Source: Octopus bimaculoides
Taxonomy: Eukaryota
Direction: 5' to 3'
NCBI RefSeq assembly: GCF_001194135.2
Contig: NC_068989.1
Coordinates: 94,623,834-94,687,420 of the forward strand
DNA: 63,587 bases
Shown here: positions 38,453 to 52,599 of the stretch, piece after piece
Position numbering within the stretch: position 1 is the stretch's first letter
Layout: each line of letters starts with the position of its first letter
Program-made: the position numbers and the translations under genes
Notes under the pieces: model-generated
What the model was told of the DNA's origin: nothing
Databases searched by the model: none
Seen by the model: only the letters and a program-made list of their open reading frames with translations

Positions 38453-39309
38453 CGGGGTACTCAAAGTAACCGGAAACCTCACTTGATGCGAGCCTCATGC
38501 ATCAGTCTGCCGGCCGGCGTTGTTCGAGGAGGTCATACTGCCATGTGGTGCGTCTTTGTTTTGCAGTGCTTCCCCCCTGATCATCGATTTTTGCGATGGC
38601 TAAAACGAAGGAACAACATGCTTCCATGACATTCTGTTTTCTGCTGGGAAAAACGGCGGCTGAAACAATTGTCATACTTCTGTCAGCTTACAAGGACGTT
38701 GTGCCATGAGCAGAACACAAGTTTACGAGTGGTTTTCCCGCTTTAGGAATGGTGACTCTTCGCTTGAGGACCAACTTCGCTCAGAAAGAATAACAACCGT
38801 TCGACCGAATGAAAACATCATGAAAATCCATAAACTGGTCTTGGGGGCTCGTCGCTGGACAATTGACGAACTAGTTGATATGACTGGTGTATCCTGAACC
38901 TCCTGCTAACGACGTTTGAGCGAGTAGTTGCGAATGAAAAGAATTGCAGCCAAATTTGTGTCTCGTTTCCTCACGGAAAATCAAAAGCAGTCACGATTGA
39001 ATGCGGGTCGTAAATTAAAAGAACAGTTGGAAGTTGATCCGGACCTTTTTTTTTCCCGAAAGTCATCACTGAAGACGAAAGCTGGTGCTACGGAATTTGC
39101 AGACGTGGAAGAGGTGAAGAATAAACGACGGAGGCGTTAAAAGGCATCACTTCACAAGAGTTCCAGGACTGCTTCGAAAAGTGGAAAACGTGTCTGGACC
39201 GATGCATTGTTTCAAGCAGAGAATACTTTGAAGGGAATAAAAGTGTAAACATGTACAAGTAAGTGAATATCCTAATATTGCATAATTCTGGTTTCTTTTG
39301 CGTGCTTCC
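38453..39309 (+). mobile_element. Internally deleted mariner transposon (irritans-like), TA TSD, degenerate TIRs
   Basis: TA|cggggtactcaaagtaaccggaa ... ttctggtttcttttgcgtgcttcc|TA. Transposase remnants MAKTKEQHASMTFCFLLGKTAAET, MSRTQVYEWFSRFRNG, RIAAKFVSRFLT and KVITEDESWCY join directly to FADVEEVK...CFEKWKTCLDRCI...YFEG. Confidence 0.92.
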
Positions 39310-41946
39310 TATTTATATTCCTCTAAATCATTCTAACGTTGTTTGTTAAACTGAACTAGATGAATGCAAGTTTACCCTGTTTTGATAAACAGAAACAGCT
39401 GTAAATGTTTCTGAACTACAATTAAACTATGACTTTTTAATACCAATGATTAACTTTTCATTGTTAATTGTTGCTCCATTTCTTTTCTTTTCTTTTATAT
39501 ATANNNNNNNNNNNNNNNNNNNNNNNNNNNNNNNNNNNNNNNNNNNNNNNNNNNNNNNNNNNNNNNNNNNNNNNNNNNNNNNNNNNNNNNNNNNNNNNNN
39601 NNNNNNNNNNNNNNNNNNNNNNNNNNNNNNNNNNNNNNNNNNNNNNNNNNNNNNNNNNNNNNNNNNNNNNNNNNNNNNNNNNNNNNNNNNNNNNNNNNNN
39701 NNNNNNNNNNNNNNNNNNNNNNNNNNNNNNNNNNNNNNNNNNNNNNNNNNNNNNNNNNNNNNNNNNNNNNNNNNNNNNNNNNNNNNNNNNNNNNNNNNNN
39801 NNNNNNNNNNNNNNNNNNNNNNNACGTGCACGTGATTCTATCCATTATAAAGATTAAAATTCAAAAGTCTTAGTTTGGCGCGCTATATATATATATATAT
39901 ATATGAAGATGTTTGATACATGAATTGTGTGTGTGTATGTGTGTTTGTGTGTGTATATGTAAAAATTAGTAACAAAGATGTACAGGTCTCAATTCATTAC
40001 GGCCGTTTCAAGCGGCTCCATTTAATTGATTAATGAAAACGTAACACCAATCTGAAAGAAGCCGTCCTTGTCAGCTGACCGCATAGACTTCAAACCTAAA
40101 CGATAAACCATTATTTTAACAAATTTACATCAATAATGGGATCCAAAATATTTACATTGTTTCCTTTTGTCATATCTGTGGCAGAATGAGATTAGGAAAT
40201 AATGCAAACCGTATTAAGCATACTGTAATTTAGATGGTAGCAGAGAAAATAGTGGGGTTCAAGATAAAAGGGGTGGTGAGGTAGTTACTTATATTTAGAA
40301 GACTTTATGCAATATGTCTTCAACCATTCAGAATTAAATCCATTGGGAGTTGCCACCTGTATTCTAGTGATTGGTGATAACTCAATTAATGTCAGACAAG
40401 CTACTTGACTTCCAAGGTACTGGAGCAATATATCTAGCTTTATCTACATAAAAGGGTAGGTTACAAGGTTGGTAGTAAGAGAATGTCTGATGAGGAAGGG
40501 GTGGTAACTGCAAGAAAGAAGGATAGTGGTGGCCAATGCTTATTTAGATTCTCAAGTATAGGGGAATATAATGAAAAACCAAAAGAGAAATTAGAATAGA
40601 GGGATACGGAAGTTTGTCATCTATAACTTAGCAAATTTATATTAAATTGAGAAAATTTAAATCAATACATAGAGTACGGATAGAAATTAAACTTAAAACC
40701 TTGAAAAAGTATAAAGAATAATCTAAGCATATTGTTTCGAAGGCCATGATAAAGGTTTTCTAAAATGGATGTATAACGAAATAATATTATCATATGGGTA
40801 GAAGTACATAGTATAATTTAAAGCAATGAAAAGTACTATTCTGTTCACTACGGTTGGATAATGATAAGATATCATAAAATATGGTATCGTACATAAGGGG
40901 TTTTTGAATTAGACGTATACTAAATGTATAAGGGAATACATTGGGAAGCAATACCTAAACCAACTTGGGCATGTAAACATTTACTGAATATTGCATGATT
41001 AATAATATACTAAAATAAAGATTCCCGTATCCAGTAAATTATATACAAAGATCTTATATATAAAAAATTATTTACAAATTACAAACACTAGGAAAGTATA
41101 TGAAAGGGTATACAAATGTATAAAAATATCAAATATAGATAGAAAAAATTTATAAAACATAATGTGCAATTATAAATATAAAATATATTTTATTATACAG
41201 TCAGTGTTATGAAGAGAAATCATAAACTCTTTATAAGCTATAGACGCTACACAAATGTATAAGACTGTATATAAATACATTTAATAATATACAATATAAA
41301 AAATATAAAGTTTCATAGAAATCTAATAAAATATTTCTTCAGAGAATGATATAAAATTTATAACAGAGATAAAAATAAGGATAATTCAAAATAGAATAAA
41401 ATAGAATAAAGATTATTTTATAAATTATGATATAAATTATATTGAAAAAAATACCTAGATATGTTGTTATTATAAAAAACACCATATAAATAAAAATATA
41501 TGTATCAAATATTAATCGGAAAAAGTAAAAATAAAGATATCTATGGAAATGGGTTTATAAAATATTTCTAAAATACATCAAATTCACTGATCTAGGTAGA
41601 ATAATAAAAGATCCTAGATTTAGTAAACCATTGTAAATTTATGTTATACTAACTATGAAGGAAGTGAGTTCCAATACTGAAGGGGTAAATATATAATATA
41701 ATTATTGAAGGGTTATAGATCAAAGGGGTTAACGGTTATTAAAAAGCAATACTACATAGACTTCGAGATAATAGAGGGTATACGATGAATGACATGCTAC
41801 CCAATCATAGTATGATATACTTATTATTACCTGCTTCTATAGTATTTAATGGTACAGGTAATCCTATGAACACATGATACTTTAATATCTAATTTATTAT
41901 TAATTAAGTTATGTTTATCTCTATATTTGGATAGTTCATGTCTTCA

Positions 41947-41947
41947 C

Positions 41948-42015
<68 letters not shown>
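41947..42015. repeat. (GATA)n microsatellite
   Basis: Direct reading. Confidence 0.97.
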
Positions 42016-43136
42016 TATGAAATGGATTGATAATGATACTAACTGATTGTTCTCATTAGCTTGCTGTCGCTCTCCTTTTTGGCACCTAACGGTAATTACC
42101 CCAGTTTACGATTAATCACGTGTTTAGCAGTCATATTGGCAAAAGACATGCGCATATTTCCAGTTAAAATCGTATTTTGCATGCTAGTATTATGTGGTGC
42201 TTCATTGAAATGTTTCTGTTTTTTCATTCGTACAGCCAATAATTTCCAAATAGTGTTCAGTATTTCACTTGGTCTTTGCGAAATGATCTGTTATTTTAAT
42301 TAGGCTACATTTGACATGTTTGCTTTTTGTCTCCGCACACTACGATCGTTTGAGCTGATTTTAGAATATAAGTATGTGCATCATAAGCGTTTGTTTCTTT
42401 CGAAATATTTGCTTTTTATAGTGTAAGCCTCTGTGCTGCTGTAGTTATATTCTGGTTCATCTTGCACGTATATTATCACAATCAAAATTTAAGTAGAAAG
42501 TAAATGGTATTCAAGCTAACTCGGTGTGTCATATACTATATCTATAATATTTCTGATCTATAATTCCAGTATACTACAGATTCTAAAATAGGTTTTGTGA
42601 GGGGAATATCGATATTACACATTCAGATTGGAACAGTTTTTAATTTTTTTTTTCATATATATTTTCAAGATAACTACCAATTTCAACGTCTAAGACACGA
42701 CATATTATTGTAAAATAGCAGGAAGCGAGATTTGTTATTGTCAAACTTATCATACATGACGTATTACAACGTACGATATTCCAGATATTTTTATGTAAAT
42801 GGGGGTCAATTTCTCATATTAGATAGCCATATATATCAGTTTGTAAACTGACTTAATTGTATTTCTCTCGTGATTGAACAGGAGTGAGCTTTTAAGTTTA
42901 GCTTCAGCTTCGACCTGACGTTTATTACAGAGAATTTTTGTTTATGGTAATAAATTGCTGACTTTAAATTCCAGAATGTATGAAGGGTTTTATTTTTGTA
43001 CGTCTGCCAGCATTGAGAAATGTGCACGACAAATTTATGCTGTACATATATTCTTCTGTACACACACAGACATACACACACATGTATGTATATGTTTATA
43101 TTTATATATGTATATGCTTGTTTATGCACATATACC

Positions 43137-43560
43137 TATGAGGTGCATTCCATAAGTTTAGAGACATTTTAGTAGTTCTAACTGTCATACATTATTGTAA
43201 TTTTAGTATGTCATTACTAGATATCTAATAAGCTGACCTGCCAACTTTTCTTAGTCCATATTGAAGGAGAAGATTGCAGCAACACTTTGAACACATCCTA
43301 GTAAACAGTGGTTGTTACAGTCGAGACATTTAGAAGCAGTGAAGTTTTGTGTCAAACTAGGCAAGAACGCTACAGAAACTTATGGAAAGCTCCAGACTGC
43401 TTCTGGATTAACTTGGATAGGCCAAGCATCTGATTTTCGCTGGCATAAATGATCAGTCAAATAAAACAAATGCAGCGGGAAGCTCACGAGAATCCCTCGT
43501 TTTTGACAGGAAGGGTATCATCTTCATCCACTGGGTTCCCTCTGGCCAGACGATATTTTG
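43137..43560 (+). mobile_element. Mariner relic, heavily deleted
   Basis: LEAVKFCVKLGKNATETYGKLQTA, FRWHK and FDRKGIIFIHWVPSGQT remnants. Confidence 0.75.
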
Positions 43561-44392
43561 TGGAGGATATTTATCTTTCACTGAATAGAGCACGTTTTTT
43601 TGTTGATTCTACTAATAACTGAGCAATACATTATATACATATATGTACGTATATGTGTACGTGTGTGTGTATGTATGTGCATGTGTGTGTATGGGTGTGT
43701 GCATTATGTATATGATAAATAATTTGTTACATATAATATTTAATAAATATACGCTGCACGTTTAGCATTAGTGCTTAAGCAAACCCTGAGCGCTCCCCGT
43801 AGAATGAACTGAGACTAGTTTCACTTAGTTTTTGCTGGTTTATCGGGTCTGTCTTCCCTTCAGATTACGTTTTTGAGCGTGTCTTTAATAGAGAAACATC
43901 TTTACTCACTATATGATTAAACACTTTCATTAAACAATGTAGTCTCTGTTCTCTATTCTCTAAAGAGCAATGTGTTTTAAGCACATAATCTATTGACTTA
44001 CGGATTGCTAAATGTATACATTTAAAATTATTTTTATTTTACCTTGTCTATGAATAACATGCAAATTAGCTTCTGCTCCTCGTGTAGCTGTGAGTTGTTT
44101 TCTATAGAACAAGATGAGGAGATTCTTCTTCATCCGCCGAAAAAAACATGTAGACTTATTTAATTGAGCTTTTCTCTGATTCTTGCTGCGGGAATTTCCA
44201 TGGTGTTCAAAAACTGTTTTTTTTTACACAACAACGCTAAAGATATGGTTATGACATATATACGTATATAAACTTATTTACGATTAATTCACCTGGTGTC
44301 TCCGTGCTTTTAAGTACGTATACATAGACACACATACATATATATATATAATAATATTAGGGACAAATATTATTATATATATGTATATATGT

Positions 44393-44444
<52 letters not shown>

Positions 44445-46334
44445 CTTAGTCTACTTGTAAACTGAATTCGTTATACACAGAAATTTATCTACAGATTCAT
44501 AAATTTTTGAATACATTCTTCGGTTTGTTGCCAATTAATTTCACCTTCGGTTTCCTTTGAAATTATTCTGCCTGAAAGCAACGAGAACCAATTTACTAAC
44601 GAGCGCACTTTCCACGCTCTCTAGAATTAACCAATCAATTCAATTGCCAAAAATGTCATTTCTTGTCAGAATTTCCACCAACGTTCTCCAGTATTATTAT
44701 AATTTAACAAGAATGTTTCCATAGGTATTTGAAAAGATATTGGTTTTACAGCTTTTGTATGTTTGTTGTTGTTGTTGGTGCTGGTGGTGGTTTTTGTGTT
44801 ATCGTTCGTGATTGCAGCTGTGAGGATTTTGATAACGATGCTGACGAAATCAATATTGATTCTGCTTAGCTAAGTGAAAAGAACTGTTATAAAACATGTC
44901 TAATGATATATTATTGAATTGAAATGCTCAATATTGATATATACTACAACTTTTCCATTGTGCTTCTAAGAAGTCTTTTTCATGTCTTCGTTAATTTTTA
45001 TCCTATCGGGAAATAAATGTGATAAATTGTCATGATATTCATTAGGTTCTTCCAGATGTATCTGTCTAACAACGTGAAATTGCATGCTTTAATATTTATC
45101 TCATCTTGCAGAGGTATGTTGAAAATAATAGAAAATAAATTTGACCTTTACACTCTTCTCTCAATCAATTTATATAACATATTAAGTCTTCGAAATAATT
45201 TGTTTAATTTCATCGTAACTGCCTCGATACTTTCATTCTTAACTTCAAACGTCTTTTTAACTAATCTGTCGGAATAATTTATTCACCAATAATTGTTTAA
45301 ACTCAAGGGCGGTGACATGACAGTGTTGTTTAAAGTAATCAAACATATTATTTTGGAATGCGATTATTGGAAGTTTGTAAAGCGCATATGATACAACATA
45401 AGGAAATGTTAAAAATCCATTATCTTTTAATTAGCTAGTTATTAATTAGCTATGATTGCAATATTTGAAATTACTTACAATGAAAATGTAAAAATCCACC
45501 AAAAGAAAAATGTTTTATAAAGCTCATTATTTTCTAAATATAAATTATAACGGTTCATTTCGTAACGAATATTTGTTCAGCGTTTAGTTCCCAGCAGATC
45601 ATATTTATGAAGTCTTTTTACCCATGGCCATTCTATATGAGGTCACGTTAGCCAATTACACATCTCCTGTTTTTTTTCTTTTTCTAGTAGCTGTGCTTGG
45701 AGAAACGAATTGTGTCTATCATCCTCCCATTTCCTCGTAGACCTACATGATTGCTGCCATGAATGGCCATCTTGAAGCCTTGCGAGAAAGACATAGCTCT
45801 GAAGAGAAATTTAAATAACAAGAATTCTGGGAAGGAAAGGAAGTGTGTTGTGATTGGTGCTGCAACTGAGGATTGAACATAAACAAGAGGAATGGCGGGA
45901 AGGGAGGTGTGTGTATCGGGGTTGTCAGTGGCGGTAAGATAAGTCCAATCTGCTCCAAGGAATGGAGGACACTATAACAGCGGTAGAAAGACAATAAAAG
46001 GAAATAGTGCGTCTGAAGGACGACTTAGTCGGTATTTAAGAGGATAGAAGATTTAAGGGACATTTCGTCCTTTGTTGCTATTGCTGGTTCATTGGTTACG
46101 TAGATGCTCTGGTGGTGGTTCATACCACAAAATAAGTTCCTACCATTTCTACAATATCGTCTGCTCCTCAGAGTAGAATGAGCTTATGCCACTTCCACTC
46201 CAGCATTCTTCACCCAATCGTCTTATATGCTAAATTCAGTAAGAAGCAGTAAGACAGTTTATTAACTCACAGATGTATTCATGGCTATATTGTTAAGAAG
46301 TTCGGTCCGCAACCACTCGCTGTCGGATTAAGAT

Positions 46335-46406
<72 letters not shown>

Positions 46407-46407
46407 T

Positions 46408-46561
46408 ACGACGGGCTTCTTTCATTTTGGGTCTATCAAATCCAGTCACAAGGCTTTGGTCGGCCCGAAGGTATAATGGAAGACACTTGCTCAAGGTGCC
46501 ACTGAACCCGGAACCATGTGGTTGGTAAGCAAGTTACTGACCACGCAGCCACTCAGGCACC
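46408..46561 (-). mobile_element. SINE family B head
   Basis: cgacgggcttctttcattttgggtctatcaaatccagtcacaaggctttggtcggcccga...gaacccggaaccatgtggttggtaagcaag. Confidence 0.88.
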
Positions 46562-47962
46562 TTATAAAATTAAAAGATAAACAGTACTAACTCTATCTGA
46601 ATTGCAAGGATGAGATGCTTTGCCTTCCGATCCCCCCACCCCAGCTAATCAGTCCTCTAACCTCCATCAGTGCTAGAAATCTTGGGTAACCCCTACCCAC
46701 ACAAGACATCGCGTAGTCTTCTGCTATAATACTACTTACCGGAACTAACAAATACATTCTACGACTCACAAGCCTCGCAGAATCATGAAGGCAGTTGGTT
46801 TTTGAATGCTTCTAGATGTTTTGGTTCGTGTATTTACCTGATGAAAACGTATTTTTCTAATGATATAATATGTCTTCGTTAATTAATTAAAAGTTGTTTT
46901 CTAAGTGCAGTATTTATGTTTTGCTATATGTTTATATTATTTACAGCACTTTATCTGTTTCCTTTATGACAATGCTATTATCGTTTTATTTTTGTTGTCC
47001 TTTTAGGTCAAATATTCTTTTCCATTTTCTTCCATTTGAATTGGACTTTGGTTTAGGAAGAGGAAGCCTATTGTAGGGGAAGGTGAATATCAACCCACAA
47101 CATTTGTCAGGCGTTTTCTTCCTATTTTTTGGTTCTAGCTGTCTTTGTTTTGCACAATAAATTGATAAGAGTTTCCTTTAACGAACAGTTCTGACGTTAT
47201 CCTTGATATTCTGCAGAAATTCGAGATGTCATCTCGTACTTCATTGACTTTAACGGGATAAATATTACAAGTTTTGAAAAGGAGTTGCAATTTTTTGTCT
47301 TTACTTTTGCTTCTCTTTTTTTATAAGATTTTAAATTTAATACAACATTACGTTAACACATGAACGATGACCAATCAATCTGTCCACTGATAGATAGCGT
47401 TCTACACACATTCTTTCTATACAAAAAAGACAATATTTACAACAACGGCCAGAAAATACAGTTTTCAGCACAGCGCCACATACCGTACACAATTGAAAAT
47501 CAACTTCATTTATAATATTTCAAAATCTAAATAAATTCTAATATTTTCTTTGTGCATTTTCAAATTATTTTCCTTGTTCCTGTTTCTGTCTGTTTGTCTT
47601 TCATATATATATATATATATGTTAAATGCTCTAAAACAAATTTATAATGCATATTATATTACGCTTCAATGTGTTTCCAATTACAAGAATAATTTAATGC
47701 AATTTACGGAAATATGCCAGCTTGCGGTGCTTGTATCTATAGCATTTTCTAAGAAGTGTATAAGAAATATTGTCATATAATATATAAAAGATAAGCATTG
47801 AAATGTATCGTAATCATGTCAGTTATATTAAAAACATGAAAAATATTTTATTACTTTGGCAGTTGAGTATATAAACTGAAATAGGAAATACAGTTTATAT
47901 GCTAAAGGATTTTGGGTATAATGACAAATTCATACATACATACATTTATGCATACATGTAAG

Positions 47963-48028
<66 letters not shown>

Positions 48029-48257
48029 AATACATATGTATGCATGTATGTATACATGTACACACGTACACATACACACACATATATATAAGAGAATATA
48101 ATATATTACATATATTGTAATATAGGTGGCTCGTTAGCAATTAAAACCTAAAGGCAAATTGATAAACAATGGTACAAAATAGTACCAGCATTCCTAGGTA
48201 TAAGAGCCAAAAAAGACTCGAAGTGCCACATAAAACGGATAAAGAAAATCGAATGCA

Positions 48258-48294
<37 letters not shown>

Positions 48295-49414
48295 ACACAC
48301 ATGTCATAATGGATATATCTATTGCTTCGTGTGTGAGTTTGTCTCACCACGGTAAGGTACTTTCTCGTTCCTCTGTTTCGTAAACTGATTGAGTTAGTGG
48401 TTTATGCGGCTCTTCGAGTAGTTTTCGACTCTTATTTCTAGCAATTCTGGTAATATTTTGTAGCCTTGTTTATATATATGTGTGTATGTGCATGTGTGTG
48501 TGTGTACTGTATCGGTATACAGAAAGATAGATACATAGACAGGCAGACACACACATGTATATATTTATATAATTACATACACATATGTATACACATATAA
48601 AATGCATGCACGCATGAATACCCATACAAATGAATATACATTAAGATGTGTGTGTGTGTGTGTGTGTGTTTGTATGTTGCTACATATTATTTGAAATATT
48701 CAAAAGCCTGTTACTCTGCCCGTCTTCCTCTCTGTTGATATTCTTCCAACCGTCTTTTCCACTCCAAAGATGTAGGACCACGCTTGCAAATAATCCCATA
48801 AACTATTACATTTTACAATGGCATAGAGTAACTTTCTCTTGTTTTCTTTTGAAACTGACAAATGTGTGTGTGGGGGGGGGGTATGTGTGTATGTGTGTGT
48901 GTGTGCGTGTGCGAAATGTATGTTTCCCATTACGTCATAAGTTCCAAATATTTATCAGCTGACAAAAGATACCACAATTTATGATTCACAATTTTGACTG
49001 AAAATTCCTAAAATTATAAAATGCAGTTATTCAATGATTGATACCAAGGATATCGGTGTTATACATGGGAAAAGACGGTCATACATACATACATACATAC
49101 ATACATACATACATACATACATGAAAAATGCTGGCATACGAAGTGAAATTTGCATTGGTTCAAACGGTCAGAAGTATGCTGAAAAGAAAAAAAAAACTCT
49201 CTTCACAACATGGAAAGCGATGGACTGAAGAAAATCCTGATATATCTAAACAAAACTGGGCCCAACCAGAATATGACGGTGTTATGAATTATATATAACA
49301 TAAAATTTAAATATATTATTAGATGTACAAACATATTGAAGCTGAATTTGATAGCTGACACAATTGTTCAATGTGCAGAGATAAAATAAAAAGCATTTAA
49401 TAATGTTCTTTTAT

Positions 49415-49569
49415 TTGTTTCAGTCATTTGACTGCGGCCATGCTGGAGCACCACATTTTAGTCGATCAAATCGACCCCAGTACGCATTCCTTGTAAGCCT
49501 AGTACTTATTCTATCCGTCGCTTTGTGCCGAACCGCCAAGTTGTCAAGTGATGGTGGGGACAAACACAG

Positions 49570-49606
<37 letters not shown>

Positions 49607-49777
49607 CATATATACGACGGGCTTCTTTCATTTTGGGTCTATCAAATCCAGTCACAAGGCTTTGGTCGGCCCGAGACTATGATAGAAGACACTTTCCCAA
49701 GGTGCTACGCAGTGGGATTGAACCAGGAATCATGTGGTTGGTAAGCAAGCTACTTACCACACAGCCACTCCGGCGCC
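49415..49777 (-). mobile_element. SINE family B, full length, with internal (TA)/(TG) microsatellite
   Basis: Minus strand: tRNA-like head ggcgccggagtggctgtgtggtaag...ggttcaatccca, body ...gaaagaagcccgtcg, internal (ta)n(tg)n, 3' part ...gctccagcatggccgcagtcaaatgactgaaac. Confidence 0.9.
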
Positions 49778-50128
49778 TATATATATATATATATAGTCAC
49801 ACATACGCAACATACGCATATAAACTGGGAGTTTGTGCTTGTGTAGGCAAATATAAGCGTGTGCGATAGAAAACATTTTGCTTTCTCAAGGAAGAAACAA
49901 TATGATGTAGTGAGTTATTTCTGTGCTGGCTTTGTAAGTTACGTGTCTCTGTATGAAACGTATTATGTTCGGCTTCTCATTTCTAATGTATCAGAGAAAA
50001 TTTATCACGCGGAGGTTCGTACAAATTCATTTATATTACAATCGCAGAAATACGTACAAACACACACGTATACGCACACGCACATACGTATACGCACACA
50101 TACACACACAAACAGACGGTCACAGACA

Positions 50129-50164
<36 letters not shown>

Positions 50165-50204
50165 ATTTATGTGAATTCCTTTTCACTATTTAATATACGC
50201 AAGT

Positions 50205-50351
50205 AAATATGTGTGTGTGTTTACGTATACATATAAATGTGTGAATGTGTGTATGCGTGAGTGCGTGCCTGCGTGCGTGTGTGTGTATGTGTGTGTGCGT
50301 ACGTGTGTGTTGTGTGTGTGTGTGTGTGCGTGCGTGTGTGTGTGTGTGTGT

Positions 50352-50386
<35 letters not shown>

Positions 50387-50387
50387 T
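50205..50387. repeat. (GT)n-rich microsatellite
   Basis: Direct reading. Confidence 0.95.
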
Positions 50388-52124
50388 ATATGATTCCTAC
50401 TACTTCTTGTTACTTTATCTCCGTCGTTCTTAACTGTATATTTTCCGTCTCGCCATCGACTTATTTACTTTGTAAGAACTCGGTAAAACAAGAAAGATTT
50501 CAGGTAGAATAACTGTACTTTTAATAAGCATTTGAATATTGACAGTTGTAGTCTCTAAAGCTGTATCAGATTTATTGAATAATTTAGAATATTCTGGTTG
50601 TTGAAGCGAAGAACTTCTGGTTCTCCATCCGAAGTATGTCCAGGACTAACATACATAACGTAGTGGGGCAAACAATTGTAATTAATCAAGAATCCCACCC
50701 CTCCCAATGAAGAGTAAAAATGTTTAGCTTCATGCTTAAATTGGTTCGAGGCAGGAAATTAACGACTTCTAAATCTCAATTAATTAAAATTCGAATTACG
50801 TGTGCGATGAGGGGAAGGGAAAATATTTGTGGTTTATCGATTTCAAATTTCATTTCTGGTTTTACAGATATCTGGTCCTGGTTCTGAACAGTTTTATACA
50901 ATTTTATAAATCAATAAAGTAAGTATAAATACATCTGAGGATAATTTTTGTATGCCTAACTTCGATGCAACATGTCAGAATGTTTCGATTAGATACAAAA
51001 TTTTATAATCTAATATGTGTAATTATGTTTGTACAAATTCAATTAAACAACAAAATTATATATCATTTATTCAACAGAAAATCTGTTAAATATTAGCAAC
51101 ATTGTTGACATTCTCGTATAACTTAAACATTTTGGAATCTTTTTGATAGTTGACTCCTCATGCTCAAACGCTTCAATAATGTTTAGTTCCATTGCAGATG
51201 TGAGTATCTGTAGAATCATCAAGACTGTTTCGAGGCTGTTAACATATCATAAGAGATTTCAGGATGTTTGAAATGAACGTTCAGATGTACAGAATAGCTA
51301 TTTGTAAATCGAACGGTTATTGAAGCAGGTGCTACAAGGAAACAAAACCTGAGGTTGCTGCTAATTAATTACAGAAGATTTTCTGACATCTTAACAAATT
51401 TCTTGATGTTATATACAGAGAATGCAGAATGGACTGTATTAATCGTACTACAACATACAAGAAACGTAATTAAAAAAAAACTTGACTATGCCTTATAAGA
51501 GCATTTTTTTTCAGGGGACTCTGTATTGCCAATTAAATTTGATAAAACCCTTACTTTGTTAACAAATGCGCTAATATAATCGCTAGTGACAAGCTAAAAA
51601 TATCATCTCTTCATCATCTCTTCTGCATGAATGGATTAAAACTATGAATTAGGGAGAGTTCAAATTAGAAAACCTTCATTAAAAACCCATACAGGGAGTT
51701 TGCAAAAATATCAAGATGCGTAAAGATTGAGACAAATAGCGCACTGCAACAAGAAACAAATTAATATAAAATATCAATGAATATCTTGATAATCCGATGC
51801 AAGACACAATATACTGAGATTAGGAGCATGATGAAAGCATCGAACTACTTGAAACTCAAATAAAAGTTAATAAATATATGAATTCAGAGAAATATATAGA
51901 CGTGTCAACCCAGTTATGAATAAAAGCTAAAATAATTAAAACGATTTCAATCTGAATTTCCGATTCTACGATGCGAAATATTTGAACAACTAAACTATCG
52001 TGTTAATTGAATCATCGCATAAGAAACAGAGTATTCCATTGAAACGTGTGTGTATCATTCATGTTGACACCAAGAGGAAACATCGTAACACAGTGTAACA
52101 TGTCTGGACCTTTGAATTACATCG

Positions 52125-52530
52125 GATGGGCTTCTCCACAGTTTCCATCTATATATTTTTACTCACGGTTTATGAGTTAACCTTGCATAGAAGATGAGAA
52201 TTGCTCAAGATGCAACGCAGCAGGATCGAAATCGGACACTATGATTGCAAAGCAAACATCTTAATCCATCTACCATATTGTATTTACACACGTTTATAAA
52301 CCAAAGCGTAAAAACGATTTGTGATTTAGTCCTAAGGTCAACAATTTTAAAGGAAAGAGGAAGTCGATATTATCGACTCAGAACTTTACTAATTTTATAT
52401 TTTATCGGCTCCAAGTTGAAGAAAACAAAGTTGATTTCGACAGAATTCGAACGCAGAACGAAAAGAACGGAAACAAATACTGCAAAGAATATTTGCCGAT
52501 GATCTGACGATTTTGCCAACCCTCAACCGT
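52125..52530 (-). mobile_element. Degenerate SINE family B head (52125-52275) and family A copy (52330-52530)
   Basis: ggatgggcttctccacagtttcc...ttgctcaagatgcaacgcagcaggatcg; gtcgatattatcgac...acagaattcgaacgcagaacg. Confidence 0.65.
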
Positions 52531-52599
52531 AACAACATCTGAAATATGACAAACTGAACGTTAAGGATTAGTGAAGAGCATGAAGAAGAAAATCAGAAA

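Noticed and set aside
40200-41940. Mitochondrial insertion (NUMT)
   Set aside because: The frames I translated with the invertebrate mitochondrial code contain frequent TAA/TAG and no recognisable mitochondrial protein or rRNA; not formally excluded without BLAST.
43863-43915. Kinesin-like YVFERVFNRETS after a good acceptor
   Set aside because: The frame closes within a few codons and there is no donor or other motor motif.
45747-45782. Ankyrin-like MIAAMNGHLEAL
   Set aside because: It is flanked by stops, has no TPL motif and no second repeat; the surroundings look like decayed repeat DNA.
46733-51340. Assorted strong splice-site-like motifs (46738, 46838, 50590-50635, 51150-51200, 51330)
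   Set aside because: They give no consistent reading frame or recognisable peptide, and are expected by chance in AT-rich DNA.
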